Assembly: GCA_040403075.1 (NCBI GenBank)
Contig: JBBALJ010000001.1
Span: 18,731 to 82,730, forward strand
Length of the DNA stretch: 64,000 nucleotides
Direction: 5' to 3'
Source: Bacteroidia bacterium
Lineage (GTDB): Bacteria > Bacteroidota > Bacteroidia > UKL13-3
A program made the translations under genes and the position numbers. The notes under the pieces are model-generated. The model saw only the letters and a program-made list of their open reading frames with translations. It was not told the origin of the DNA and made no database searches. Each line of letters opens with the position of its first letter. Position 1 is the first letter of the stretch. Below are positions 36,977 through 47,173 of the stretch, piece after piece.

Positions 36977-38017
36977 TTATTCTGCAAGATGACCAATCGA
37001 CATATCGCCTAAAACTTCTCGTTTGATAAAAGGCAATTTTAAGAGTAATTTTTTCATCCCTTCTACACCTTGCTGGGTGGTATTATGCGAATGATAATCC
37101 TCTACTTTAGAAATATCCTGCTCTCCTTCAGAGAAATATTGGGCATAATTTAAATCCCTATTATCAGCGGGAATTCTGTAAAAATCGCCCATATCTTCCG
37201 CTTTCATCATCTCTTCTCTGGTGCATAAAGTCTCATATAATTTTTCACCATGTCTGGTACCAATAATCTTGATTTCATTATCAACATTACATAATTCTTT
37301 CATGGCTTGTGCAAGGTCTCGAATAGTTCCCGCAGGTGCTTTATTCACAAATAAATCACCTGAATTACCATGTTCAAAAGCAAACAAAACTAGTTCTACG
37401 GCCTCTTCTAATGACATCAGGAAACGGGTCATATTGGGATCAGTTATAGTAAGTGGCTCACCTTTTTTTATCTGCTTTAAAAACAAGGGTATAACAGAAC
37501 CTCTTGAAGCCATAACATTACCATATCGCGTTAAACAAACCGTAGTTTCTGATAAATTTCTGGCAGCAGCAATGGCTACTTTTTCCATAAGGGCTTTCGA
37601 TATTCCCATGGCATTAATGGGATATGCAGCTTTATCAGTGCTTAAGCATATTACTTTCTTTACTTTGTTAGCTGCAGCAGCATCAATTACATTTTGTGTA
37701 CCTAAAACATTTGTTTTAGTTGCTTCTAATGGAAAAAATTCACAAGATGGAACTTGTTTTAAAGCAGCAGCATGAAATACATAATCGACATCACGCATAG
37801 CGCGTTCTATACTTGAATAGTCTCTTACATCACCAATATAATATTTTATCTTATCATTTTTTAATTGGTTGCGCATGTCATCTTGTTTTTTTTCATCACG
37901 TGAAAAAATTCGAATTTCGCTAAAGTAGTCAGTAGGTAAAAAATGATTTAAAACCGCATTGCCAAATGATCCTGTACCTCCAGTTATTAGTAAAGTTTTT
38001 CTAGTAATATTGCTCAT
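36977..38017 (-). CDS. fnlA: UDP-GlcNAc 4,6-dehydratase/5-epimerase (CapE/FnlA/WbjB type)
   Basis: 346 aa. LLITGGTGSFGNAV, IRIFSRDEKKQ, FHAAALKQVPSCEFFP and LSTDKAAYPINAMGISKA. Confidence 0.9.
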   Translation of the reverse strand: MSNITRKTLLITGGTGSFGNAVLNHFLPTDYFSEIRIFSRDEKKQDDMRNQLKNDKIKYYIGDVRDYSSIERAMRDVDYVFHAAALKQVPSCEFFPLEATKTNVLGTQNVIDAAAANKVKKVICLSTDKAAYPINAMGISKALMEKVAIAAARNLSETTVCLTRYGNVMASRGSVIPLFLKQIKKGEPLTITDPNMTRFLMSLEEAVELVLFAFEHGNSGDLFVNKAPAGTIRDLAQAMKELCNVDNEIKIIGTRHGEKLYETLCTREEMMKAEDMGDFYRIPADNRDLNYAQYFSEGEQDISKVEDYHSHNTTQQGVEGMKKLLLKLPFIKREVLGDMSIGHLAE

Positions 38018-38022
38018 ACTTT

Positions 38023-39267
38023 TTATTTAATCAAGTTTAGAATAGATATGTTATTTTCTATAAACAATGGTGTTCCGACAAAAGGTAAAAATAAATTAAC
38101 GCTCATGTAAGGGATACCGTATCTTACTTGCACAATTGCTAATGTCATCAGAGCACCAAACCCCAATAATGTTGTAAAATGAGTACGCTTCATTTTATAA
38201 TAGCTAAAAAGTTGAATCAAAGTTAAACAAGCTGCCACTTGATACAAAAGCAAGAATCTTGAATTAAATGAATGTATATCACTACCTAAATTGGTAATAG
38301 ACAAAACAAAAATTGAAAATAAAAATATGTTGTTTAGCTTTTCGGTATTGATGTATTTTTTATAGTCAAGAAAAATAAGCACAAATAATAGAATATACTT
38401 ACATATCTTTTGGTATTGAAGAAGAATAAATAAGCCAGTTTCCGTTTCCTCTTTAATTAAGTCTTTATAATAATCATCAGAATAGGTTAAAGCCCTCTGT
38501 TGCACAGAACCGCTTAGCGAATCACCATAAGCATTGATATATTGAGAAAGGACACCTTCGATTATAAACGAAGCTATGAGTATGGAATAATAAACCTTTT
38601 TGTTCTTGGGTAAATAATGAAACAGCAATATTAAAGCTATAAAAATAAAGAAGCTAAAATGAATTAGACCTGAGAAAATGCAAATAAATAGGTATTTTCT
38701 CTCTCCCTTAATCAGCAATCCAAACATCCCTAAAATAAATGTCATAAAGGCCACATACCATCTAAAATGATTAATGTCAAATATTGGTATTAAAAGGGCT
38801 ACATAAAACAAATATATTCTGGAATTGATATTTGGAAATTCATTAAAAATATTTATTAAGAATTTAAAAATTAACACGATATAGGTGCTAAAAATTAGAG
38901 AAAAAACAACAAACAAAAAATCTTTGTTATCAGTAAATCTAGATAGAATAAAATATAGAGTGGGTAAAAACAAATCTGCGGCATCATCATTCCCTTCAGT
39001 TTCTTTGACGAAAATTGCCATGATATAGTTTATGAAATCACCAAAGTCTCTTTTATGCATTTGTTGAAACATTTCTATATATGAATTGGCGTCAGCAAAT
39101 TCATCGGGGACAATAAAAGAGTAACCAAAAAGCATCGAAAATAAAATTACGATTAGTCTTGCGCCTTTATTTTCAATATTTGAGTATGCCTTGGATAATC
39201 CAAAAACTGGCCAAAATACAAAGAGAACTAAATTTTCTTTAAAATCGTAATTTTTTTTTAAATTCAA
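38023..39267 (-). CDS. wzy: O-antigen/capsule repeat-unit polymerase (Wzy, EpsG-like)
   Basis: 414 aa with more than 10 hydrophobic segments and no soluble domain. It lies near wzx, separated only by the putative transferase gene 39264..40289. Confidence 0.65.
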   Translation of the reverse strand: MNLKKNYDFKENLVLFVFWPVFGLSKAYSNIENKGARLIVILFSMLFGYSFIVPDEFADANSYIEMFQQMHKRDFGDFINYIMAIFVKETEGNDDAADLFLPTLYFILSRFTDNKDFLFVVFSLIFSTYIVLIFKFLINIFNEFPNINSRIYLFYVALLIPIFDINHFRWYVAFMTFILGMFGLLIKGERKYLFICIFSGLIHFSFFIFIALILLFHYLPKNKKVYYSILIASFIIEGVLSQYINAYGDSLSGSVQQRALTYSDDYYKDLIKEETETGLFILLQYQKICKYILLFVLIFLDYKKYINTEKLNNIFLFSIFVLSITNLGSDIHSFNSRFLLLYQVAACLTLIQLFSYYKMKRTHFTTLLGFGALMTLAIVQVRYGIPYMSVNLFLPFVGTPLFIENNISILNLIK

Positions 39268-40289
39268 AATATTATTTGATTAATTGATGTAATGGTTTTT
39301 ATGTGTTGGGTTGGATTATACGGATTTAATTGTTTAATAGCAAAATTCCATGGCATTAAATTCATGGTATAGTAAAATTTACAATCCAAATTGTTATTTA
39401 ATAATGCAGTAGACCAAGCGCTCAATACAATGCTTTTCTTTAGCTGCAAAATATAAAGTTCAGCAGGTATCATGTTTTCAATTATTTCAGCATTTAATTC
39501 TCGAACAAAGCTATTTTTCACATCAATATTGGCAAGCGGGTGTATTTTTATATACATCTTACAATTTTCACCCATTTTAATCCTCAAATCTTTTAAAAGA
39601 TTCATTTCCTCAACTTTAAATTCATCGTATGGCAAAGCTTGGTGCACATAAAAAATAACATTGGAAGTATAACCTAATGCCTTTTCAGAATTTAATTTAA
39701 ATATATTAAAAAGTTCAATCTTAGTATTTTCATTACTTAAAACGGGAATAGTTTTGATAAATTTGTTAAATTTATTCTCGAACGATTCAGGATTGGTTAA
39801 CCATATTTCAGTAATTTGTTTGCTTGATGCATATTTATATATTTCGAACAAATACAAGGAATTTAACATCAATCCAAACTTAAACAATGATTTATATCCA
39901 CTTATTGTATTTCTAATGGTTGATATAAATTCATGTTTTTTATTTACTTTGGTATAAGGCTTAAGTCCATCTTGCACCAAGGCAATTTTCGTTTTTTTGA
40001 GTTTTACCATTAAATATACCATCAATGGTTCATCTTCATTGAAAATAAAAACTTTTTCTACTCCTACATTTATCGTTTTATTTACAATATCAACTAATTC
40101 TGCAGAGTCCATTTTGACAGAAATTATTTCACAATTATTTGATTGGTAATTACAATCGAAATTCAACCTTTTCTCAGAAGCAATTGCGTATATTTTTATC
40201 AAGTCATACTGCTTGGCTATTTCCTTTTGGATAATATAGGAAGTGAGCAAATGATATTCGGTGTATGTAAAAAAAACTGCTTTTTTCAT
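39264..40289 (-). CDS. Candidate nonulosonic-acid (legionaminic/sialic-type) transferase
   Basis: 341 aa and soluble. Ordered motifs resemble bacterial sialyltransferase D/E-D/E-G, HP and S-S/T motifs: LVQDGLKPY, YIKIHPLAN, SAWSTALL. It lies between wzy and wzx, next to the CMP-nonulosonate genes. Confidence 0.4.
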   Translation of the reverse strand: MKKAVFFTYTEYHLLTSYIIQKEIAKQYDLIKIYAIASEKRLNFDCNYQSNNCEIISVKMDSAELVDIVNKTINVGVEKVFIFNEDEPLMVYLMVKLKKTKIALVQDGLKPYTKVNKKHEFISTIRNTISGYKSLFKFGLMLNSLYLFEIYKYASSKQITEIWLTNPESFENKFNKFIKTIPVLSNENTKIELFNIFKLNSEKALGYTSNVIFYVHQALPYDEFKVEEMNLLKDLRIKMGENCKMYIKIHPLANIDVKNSFVRELNAEIIENMIPAELYILQLKKSIVLSAWSTALLNNNLDCKFYYTMNLMPWNFAIKQLNPYNPTQHIKTITSINQIIF

Positions 40290-41572
40290 TACGTTTTGAA
40301 AATTACTTTTCTAATAAAAATTAAATTCAACCAGAATAATACAAATTGACTTAAAACAAAACCTGCAGCAACATTAGATAGTAAATCAAACACATTTAAA
40401 TAAATAAATAAAACTGGTAAACCATAGGAAAGAATAAGTTCGATTGCAATGTAAGCATATGCAATTTTATAAGACTTTAAACTGTAAATTACTGTATGTG
40501 ATACCAAAGTTCCTGAAAATAAAAAAGCGCATGAAAAAAATTTAATAGCAAGCACAGAATTAGTATAATTAGGGAAATAGGAGAAAATTAAATCATAAGC
40601 AACTAAATTAATAATCAAAACAATAGGAATACCAAGTAATAATAAAGAGAAGTTGATTTTCAAAACAGATGGCCATAATACTTTTGGATTATTATTTTTC
40701 CCTAATTCATAATTAAATTTAGGAAATAAAAAATTACCCAAAACACCAGGTACAATATTGATGAGTGTGTTTACCGACTGAACAGGTGTAAATAACCCAA
40801 CCGAAATTACACCCCCATATTTTAGTAATATTATTCGATTAAAAGATTGAAGGATACCTCGCAGGTAATTAATAATAAATATAGGAAGACCCGTTTTTAT
40901 TAATTCTTTAAATAAAATGATATTAAATAGGGGTTTGTTTAAAATAGGCCTATTCACATGCATGATTAATGTTAATAATAACATACAAAATATCGTATAC
41001 AGCAACAAACCATAATAATTAAAAAAATACACCAATGGAAATAATACAACTTGAATTAAACAGTAGTATAAATAAACTTTAGAAAGATTAATAAATGATT
41101 GATTTGACCTAAATGTTACCATCAGGTATCTTTGATAAGCATTTATTGATAATAAAATACCAACAGAAAAAACCCCAGCAATCGTATTTATTTCATAAGA
41201 CAATAGTTGCAATGTTATAACAGCAAACACGGTAAAAATAAAAAATAATACAGCCACAGCAATCATAAAGTACTGTGAAGTTTGTGCCAATGCATTGGCT
41301 CTGTTTATGTTATTTTTTCCATATTCATATGGTAATTCCCTATTCAATCCATTGGGGATGCCCATTTCTAATATGGGAACATATAATTGAATAATAGATA
41401 TACTTTGCCACAAACCTAGTTCAGATGGTTTAATCCATTTTATCATCATTATGCCTACAATCATTGTAATGAATGAGGATATTGTGGTTGAAGAACCGTA
41501 ATAGAAAGCCACCTTATGTTTTCTTACATCTGGAAGAAAACTTAAAATTTTTGTAATTATTTGTATTTTCAA
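40289..41572 (-). CDS. wzx: Wzx-type oligosaccharide flippase (MOP superfamily)
   Basis: 427 aa with about 12 hydrophobic segments. Typical polysaccharide-locus position. Confidence 0.8.
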   Translation of the reverse strand: MKIQIITKILSFLPDVRKHKVAFYYGSSTTISSFITMIVGIMMIKWIKPSELGLWQSISIIQLYVPILEMGIPNGLNRELPYEYGKNNINRANALAQTSQYFMIAVAVLFFIFTVFAVITLQLLSYEINTIAGVFSVGILLSINAYQRYLMVTFRSNQSFINLSKVYLYYCLIQVVLFPLVYFFNYYGLLLYTIFCMLLLTLIMHVNRPILNKPLFNIILFKELIKTGLPIFIINYLRGILQSFNRIILLKYGGVISVGLFTPVQSVNTLINIVPGVLGNFLFPKFNYELGKNNNPKVLWPSVLKINFSLLLLGIPIVLIINLVAYDLIFSYFPNYTNSVLAIKFFSCAFLFSGTLVSHTVIYSLKSYKIAYAYIAIELILSYGLPVLFIYLNVFDLLSNVAAGFVLSQFVLFWLNLIFIRKVIFKT

Positions 41573-41576
41573 TTAT

Positions 41577-42254
41577 TTAGTTTTTAAGCAGAGTTTCTGC
41601 TAATTTCCAATCTAAATCATTATCAATATCAAGTGAGCTAGTTTCATCCATCTCATATTTCTTTATCTTCATAAAATCGGAAATAGGGCTATTCTTTAGT
41701 GATTCAACATTAATTATGTAAATGGCGCCATTAAACTCCCACACCCTAGGACAGTCTTGCCTTCTAGTAAACGCTGATTCTTTTGATTTTTTCAAATAAC
41801 CCATTTCGTTTTCTTCATATAGCAGGTAATATGGATTTGATTTGGTTTCCTTTACGGAAACTAACATATCTAATGATATATCATATAGACTTAAAGCTTC
41901 GTTAATTTGCTCACTCCTTCTAAAGGGAGAAGTGGGTTGTAAAAGAATGATTGTATTAGCTAAGTACCCTTTTGCTTCGTAAAATGAAACTGCATGCAAT
42001 AATACTTCTCTTGTTCCTGAGTGGTCTGTTGCCAATTCAGCTGGTCTGATAAAAGGAATATTTAATCCTGTTTGTTCAGCAATACTTTTTATTTCAAAAT
42101 CATCGGTTGATACACAAATAATATCATTTGAAAATAAATTTTGAGCAGCCTCAATTGTATAATGAATTAAAGGTTTACCATTTAATAACTTAATATTTTT
42201 TCTTGGAACACCTTTACTTCCTCCTCTGGCTGGAATTACTATTAGTGGCTTCAT
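41577..42254 (-). CDS. legF: CMP-nonulosonic acid synthetase (NeuA/LegF cytidylyltransferase family)
   Basis: 225 aa. IVIPARGGSKGVPRKNIKLLNGKPLIHYTIEAA and LQPTSPFR. Confidence 0.85.
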   Translation of the reverse strand: MKPLIVIPARGGSKGVPRKNIKLLNGKPLIHYTIEAAQNLFSNDIICVSTDDFEIKSIAEQTGLNIPFIRPAELATDHSGTREVLLHAVSFYEAKGYLANTIILLQPTSPFRRSEQINEALSLYDISLDMLVSVKETKSNPYYLLYEENEMGYLKKSKESAFTRRQDCPRVWEFNGAIYIINVESLKNSPISDFMKIKKYEMDETSSLDIDNDLDWKLAETLLKN

Positions 42255-43306
42255 TAAAACTTTAGTTGTTTAATATCTAGTTGCGCTTTTTCAAAGTCTT
42301 CGTGTTTGCCAATATCTAACCAATATCCAACTAGGGGATAAGCAACCACTTTCTTCCCTTCTTGGATTAACTGTTCCATTAAATCAGTGGCATTAAATGG
42401 AAGATTTTTAGGAACTGTATTAATCACTTCTTTTTTCATTAAATATATACCAGCATTGGAATAATGGGTATAAGTTGGTTTTTCTTTAAAACCAGTTACC
42501 ACCTTATCTTGAGTTTCCATAACAGCATAGGGCACATTTACTTGATAAGGAATACAAGCCACTGCAAAATCAGCTTCCTGTTCTTCAAAGAATAAAAATA
42601 AATCTTCAAAATCTATATTGGTAAGCAAATCAGAGTTCATTAATAAAACATGATCATGTATAAAACCATCAACCAATGCCAATGCCCCTGCAGTACCTAG
42701 AGCATTTTCCTCCCAAACATAATTAATACGTAAAGCCTTTTCACTGCCATCTTTGAAATATTCTACTAATTGGTTACCCAAATATCGAAGTGAAATCCAT
42801 ATATCATCAATACCATAAGTATTTAATCGATCTATATTATATTCAATGATGGGTTTATCTCCAACCTTTAATAAAGGTTTAGGTGTAGTATCAGTTAACG
42901 GTTTTAAGCGCTCACCTCTGCCGCCTGCCATAATTAAAGCATCTATTGGTAAATACGACTTTTGATGTCTGAAATTCACTACATTGATTACTTGCATTTC
43001 AGCATTAACAACTGGGAATATTGTAAAGAATTTTTCGCGTAATCCAATTATTTCTTTAAGGTTATATTTTCCTTGTTGTATAAATTTTGGATTGGGTTGA
43101 ATAAACTGATTTAAATGTTCATCAAACCCCAAACCTTTAATGAATCCTCGTCTCAAATCTCCATCGGTTAAGGAACCTAATAATTTATTTTCATCATCTA
43201 CTAAAAATAATATGGCATCAGATGCCAAATTATCAAGTATTTGAAGTGCTTGGCGCACAGTAGCATTGATGTGGGTTATATGTTTATTGAATGGATGCAT
43301 ATTCAT
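42254..43306 (-). CDS. ptmE: CBS-domain nucleotidyltransferase, PtmE-like (GlcN-1-P guanylyltransferase type)
   Basis: 350 aa. N-terminal CBS pair (LLGSLTDGDLRRGF...) followed by the NTP-transferase core IMAGGRGERLKPLTDTTPKPLL. Confidence 0.75.
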   Translation of the reverse strand: MNMHPFNKHITHINATVRQALQILDNLASDAILFLVDDENKLLGSLTDGDLRRGFIKGLGFDEHLNQFIQPNPKFIQQGKYNLKEIIGLREKFFTIFPVVNAEMQVINVVNFRHQKSYLPIDALIMAGGRGERLKPLTDTTPKPLLKVGDKPIIEYNIDRLNTYGIDDIWISLRYLGNQLVEYFKDGSEKALRINYVWEENALGTAGALALVDGFIHDHVLLMNSDLLTNIDFEDLFLFFEEQEADFAVACIPYQVNVPYAVMETQDKVVTGFKEKPTYTHYSNAGIYLMKKEVINTVPKNLPFNATDLMEQLIQEGKKVVAYPLVGYWLDIGKHEDFEKAQLDIKQLKF

Positions 43307-44405
43307 TTTTTAAGACCTCAATTATTGCTTTGGAAGGATTTGGTTTAAAATAGAGATTCTCCCCTAAATATTCTTTTTGAATATAATCGTTAACTTTTTG
43401 AATAATCACTTTTGAATCAAAAGAAATGTGAATTACATTTTCTCCACTTAGTCGTCCTTTCTGCCTATCCCCTAAATTCAAAACATATTTTTTGAATGTT
43501 GCTGCTTCAACTATACCACTTGATGTGTTACCTATCATCAATTTGGAATATTTCATGCAGGTAAAATAAGATTGTGTGCCAAAATTTTCAATAATCTTAA
43601 TATTAGTTTTTTTGCTAGCAAGATTTAAAAAAGACTCTCTGAATAGAATTCCTGCGGTATCTGCATTTGGCATAGTAATAATTATCTGATAGTTATTCGA
43701 TAAGTTATCTAACGCTTGGTTTATTTCTTCACAATAAACGGAATTCAACTTATATTCAACTGTTTCAGGATGAACAGTAACTAATATGGAAGGTATATTG
43801 AGGTCAATTTGCCACTTATCAAAAAATTCTTCTTTACTTAACAAGCGAAGGTTTTGTAAATTTTCCAAACTTAACGAACCTATATGGTACACATTTGTAA
43901 AATTGTCTAATAACTGTTTTAATCTATCTGAAAAAGCTTGTGCCGAAACAAAATGTAATGAGCTTGCTAAGCTAATGTTATGTCTATAAATATTATCTAT
44001 TGCACCTAAAGTGGTTTCTCCTCCATGTAGATGCCCAATTTTGATTCCAAATGGAATACTAGCAGCAACAGCTGCTGCCATTTCAAAACGGTCACCTAAG
44101 GCTAAAATAAAATCAAAATTATCATGCTCTTGTTCCCAATAATCTGCAAATTTTTGAACTGTTAATGCGTATGATGTGGCTATTGCATTGGGTGTATCAC
44201 CAATAAGAAGCGATTCTATTTTTTTAGTAATTTTAAAACCATCATTTTCAATTTGATTCACAGTATATCCGTGAAATTTTGAAAGATGTGTTCCAAAAAC
44301 AATTACTTTTAATTGAAAACTGTTATCTTCATTCAAAGCTTTAAGTAAAGGAAGATAAATCCCATAATCAGCTCTAGAACTTGTTAAAACACCAATTCTA
44401 ATCAT
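43284..44405 (-). CDS. legG: Hydrolysing NDP-HexNAc 2-epimerase (NeuC/LegG family)
   Basis: 373 aa. IGVLTSSRADYGIYLPLLKAL, LGDRFEMAAAVAA and GHLHGGE. Confidence 0.85.
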   Translation of the reverse strand: MIRIGVLTSSRADYGIYLPLLKALNEDNSFQLKVIVFGTHLSKFHGYTVNQIENDGFKITKKIESLLIGDTPNAIATSYALTVQKFADYWEQEHDNFDFILALGDRFEMAAAVAASIPFGIKIGHLHGGETTLGAIDNIYRHNISLASSLHFVSAQAFSDRLKQLLDNFTNVYHIGSLSLENLQNLRLLSKEEFFDKWQIDLNIPSILVTVHPETVEYKLNSVYCEEINQALDNLSNNYQIIITMPNADTAGILFRESFLNLASKKTNIKIIENFGTQSYFTCMKYSKLMIGNTSSGIVEAATFKKYVLNLGDRQKGRLSGENVIHISFDSKVIIQKVNDYIQKEYLGENLYFKPNPSKAIIEVLKNEYASIQ

Positions 44406-45427
44406 GCAAAATCATTTATATGAATTTTATGTCCTTTAGGTAAATCACTATGAATCTTTTTACCTATAATATCATCAATTAGCATAGGGGTAATACCATC
44501 ACCTGGTCTTAATGCAATCAAATCATCGCTTTTTAATATATGTTCTTTTTTTAAATCTTTTTTTACATGCAAACTTTTTCGCGCTATATCAATATTTTTT
44601 TTCTCACTATTACTAGGTTCTTTAACACCACTTCCTGAAATAGCTTCTTCAATATTTCTGATTGCCTGAACCATAGCTGTTAACTCATTTGGTTCTAGTG
44701 ATGCCGCGTGATCAGGTCCGGGTAATGTTCTATCTAAAGTAAAATGCTTTTCAATAACACAAGCACCTAATGCAACAGCAGCTATTGGAACTTCGATGCC
44801 TAAAGTATGGTCCGAATAGCCAACTTTAACCTTTAACTCATTTGCTATTTGATTCATGGCTAAAAGATTTACATCTTTCAAAGGTGTAGGATATTCAGTA
44901 TTACAATGTAAGACTGTAATTCTGTTTCTGTCAATTCCCTCGTTCTCAATTATTTCAATAGCGTCTTTTACCTCGTCTAAATAAGCCATTCCAGTAGATA
45001 AAATGATATCTCTCCCTTTAGATGCAATATGTTGCAAATAAGGTTTATTAGTTATTTCTCCTGATGGAATTTTATAGAATGGAAAATCTAACTTATTTAA
45101 AAAATCTATGCTATCCAAATCAAACCCTGTTGAAAGAAAATTAATTCCTTTTTCTTTACATCTTTTTATTAATCCATCGTACCAATCATCTCCCATCTCA
45201 AGCTTTTTAAGCATTTCAAACTGTGTGTCACTTTCACCAGCCATATTGTTGATTTGATAATCAGCTTTTTTTGCTGTAGGATTTACAATTTTTTCGGCCT
45301 TAAAAGTTTGAAATTTAACATAATCTGCGCCCGCAGTAGCAGCTGCATCAATAAGTTCTATTGCTTTTTGGTATTCACCATTGTGATTCACTCCAGCCTC
45401 TGCAATTATTACAACTTTATTTTTCAT
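44402..45427 (-). CDS. legI: Nonulosonic acid synthase (NeuB/LegI family)
   Basis: 341 aa. IIAEAGVNHNGEYQKAIELIDAAATAGADYVKFQTF, YKIPSGEITN and a C-terminal SAF/antifreeze-like domain. Confidence 0.9.
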   Translation of the reverse strand: MKNKVVIIAEAGVNHNGEYQKAIELIDAAATAGADYVKFQTFKAEKIVNPTAKKADYQINNMAGESDTQFEMLKKLEMGDDWYDGLIKRCKEKGINFLSTGFDLDSIDFLNKLDFPFYKIPSGEITNKPYLQHIASKGRDIILSTGMAYLDEVKDAIEIIENEGIDRNRITVLHCNTEYPTPLKDVNLLAMNQIANELKVKVGYSDHTLGIEVPIAAVALGACVIEKHFTLDRTLPGPDHAASLEPNELTAMVQAIRNIEEAISGSGVKEPSNSEKKNIDIARKSLHVKKDLKKEHILKSDDLIALRPGDGITPMLIDDIIGKKIHSDLPKGHKIHINDFA

Positions 45428-46047
45428 AACTCCCTCCCAGGATTTCCTACAATTTTTAAATTATCATCAATATCTTTTACAATTACACTTCCTGCACCAA
45501 CTATAACATTGTTTCCAATCTTTATACCTTGTCTTATAACTGAATTAGCACCTATAAATGAGTTTTCTCCAACACTTACATTTCCAGCTAATACAGCACC
45601 AGGCGCTATGTGAGAAGCTCTCCCGATTTTACACTCATGTTCAATAATACAACCTGTATTGAGAATTACATAGTCACTAATTTCCGTTAAAACATTAACA
45701 CAAACTTTTTTAGAAATAAATACACCATTACCAATAATTGCTATTTTAGAAATGCTTGCAGTATTGTCAATTACATTAATTAATTTTTGATTTTTTGAAA
45801 TAACTAGGTCACCAATTTTTTTTCTTAACTTATTATCTCCAATACCAAGCGTAAATTCAAAACCTTTATCCCAGCCAATAAACTTTTCATCACCTTCAAA
45901 ACCTAAATAAATTAAATCAAAAGGATTATATCTTGATTCTGTAATTTCAGTATAATGGATTAAATTCAAACCACTATTTATTGCCGCATCAGCTACAACA
46001 AAACCATGTCCCGAATATCCAATAATAACAACTTCTTTACCTAACAC
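45424..46047 (-). CDS. legH: NeuD/PglD/LegH-family N-acetyltransferase
   Basis: 207 aa. VIIGYSGHGFVVADAA N-terminal domain plus hexapeptide repeats. Confidence 0.8.
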   Translation of the reverse strand: MLGKEVVIIGYSGHGFVVADAAINSGLNLIHYTEITESRYNPFDLIYLGFEGDEKFIGWDKGFEFTLGIGDNKLRKKIGDLVISKNQKLINVIDNTASISKIAIIGNGVFISKKVCVNVLTEISDYVILNTGCIIEHECKIGRASHIAPGAVLAGNVSVGENSFIGANSVIRQGIKIGNNVIVGAGSVIVKDIDDNLKIVGNPGREL

Positions 46048-47173
46048 TGCTTGGAATATTTACAATTCTTTCTTCTAAAAATATAGCATTTTTTTGGTCA
46101 TCTCTAAAACAATGCTGATACATTGGTAAACGATACATTAATTGCCAAATTGGCCTTGTCATAGTTTTTCCATTATTAGTTTCTTTTAAAAATGCATTTC
46201 GTTCCTCAAGGTTTTGTAATTCAACGCACATCAACCAATAATTTACTTTTGTATGTTCATTTTCTTTTCTGAATTTTATACCAATTCCGTCAAAAAATGA
46301 TGAATATTCATTTGCAAGTGCTCTTTTGTTTTCAAGAAATTTATCTAGTTGTTCAAGTTGGGCGCAAACCAAAGCCGCATTTAAGTTTGGCATTCTAAAA
46401 TTATAACCTATTTGGTCGTGAACGTATTCATAAGGATGAGGCACTTTAGCTGTTGTTGTTAAATATTTTCCTTTAATACCAAGTTCAGTATCATCGGTAA
46501 CAATCATGCCTCCTCCGCCACACGTTACTATTTTATTACCGTTAAACGAAAAAATACCTAATTTACCAAACGAACCTGTGTGTTTACCTTTATAATAACT
46601 GCCGAGTGATTCGGCAGCATCTTCAACAATAGGAATATTCCATTCTTGACAAATTGAAACTAATTCATCTAAATGAACAGGAAATCCAAAAGTATGCATT
46701 GGAACGCAAGCTGAAATTCTTTTTCCAGTTTTTTTATTATAAGTACCTTCTGTCCTTTGTTCACCATATTCAGTTAAGAATTTAGCTACTGCTATAGGAG
46801 ATAGACCCATTGTATCATAATCAACATCTAAAAAGACAGGTTCAGCACCTGTATAACTAATTGCATTTGCAGTTGCTACAAAGGTTAGTGCTTGTGTAAG
46901 TACTTCATCCCCTTTTTGAACTCCAGCTAATTGCATTGCTATCTGTAAAGCAGAAGTTCCATTCACAACTGCAACAGCTTTTTGTGTTCCACTTATCTCA
47001 GATATTAATTTTTCAGATAAATCAACATATGCTCCAACAGAAGATACAAAAGTTGATTCTAATGTATCCATTACATACTTTCGCTCATTTCCTAAAAAAA
47101 CAGGAGCGTGCAAAGGTATAAACTCTTTGGTTTTGAATTTATCCCTAATAAAATCAATTACATTGTTATACAT
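46037..47173 (-). CDS. legC: LegC-type DegT-family aminotransferase
   Basis: 378 aa. FIPLHAPVFLGNERKYVMDTLESTFVSSVGAYV, NGTSALQIAM and SFNGNKIVTCGGGG. Confidence 0.85.
   Translation of the reverse strand: MYNNVIDFIRDKFKTKEFIPLHAPVFLGNERKYVMDTLESTFVSSVGAYVDLSEKLISEISGTQKAVAVVNGTSALQIAMQLAGVQKGDEVLTQALTFVATANAISYTGAEPVFLDVDYDTMGLSPIAVAKFLTEYGEQRTEGTYNKKTGKRISACVPMHTFGFPVHLDELVSICQEWNIPIVEDAAESLGSYYKGKHTGSFGKLGIFSFNGNKIVTCGGGGMIVTDDTELGIKGKYLTTTAKVPHPYEYVHDQIGYNFRMPNLNAALVCAQLEQLDKFLENKRALANEYSSFFDGIGIKFRKENEHTKVNYWLMCVELQNLEERNAFLKETNNGKTMTRPIWQLMYRLPMYQHCFRDDQKNAIFLEERIVNIPSSVR

Noticed and set aside
37221-37775. 184-aa plus-strand ORF antisense to the FnlA-like gene
   Set aside because: It lies entirely within a strongly conserved minus-strand gene. 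Its translation is low-complexity (Ser/Ala/Phe-rich) with no recognisable motifs. Long antisense ORFs of this kind are a known frame artefact.
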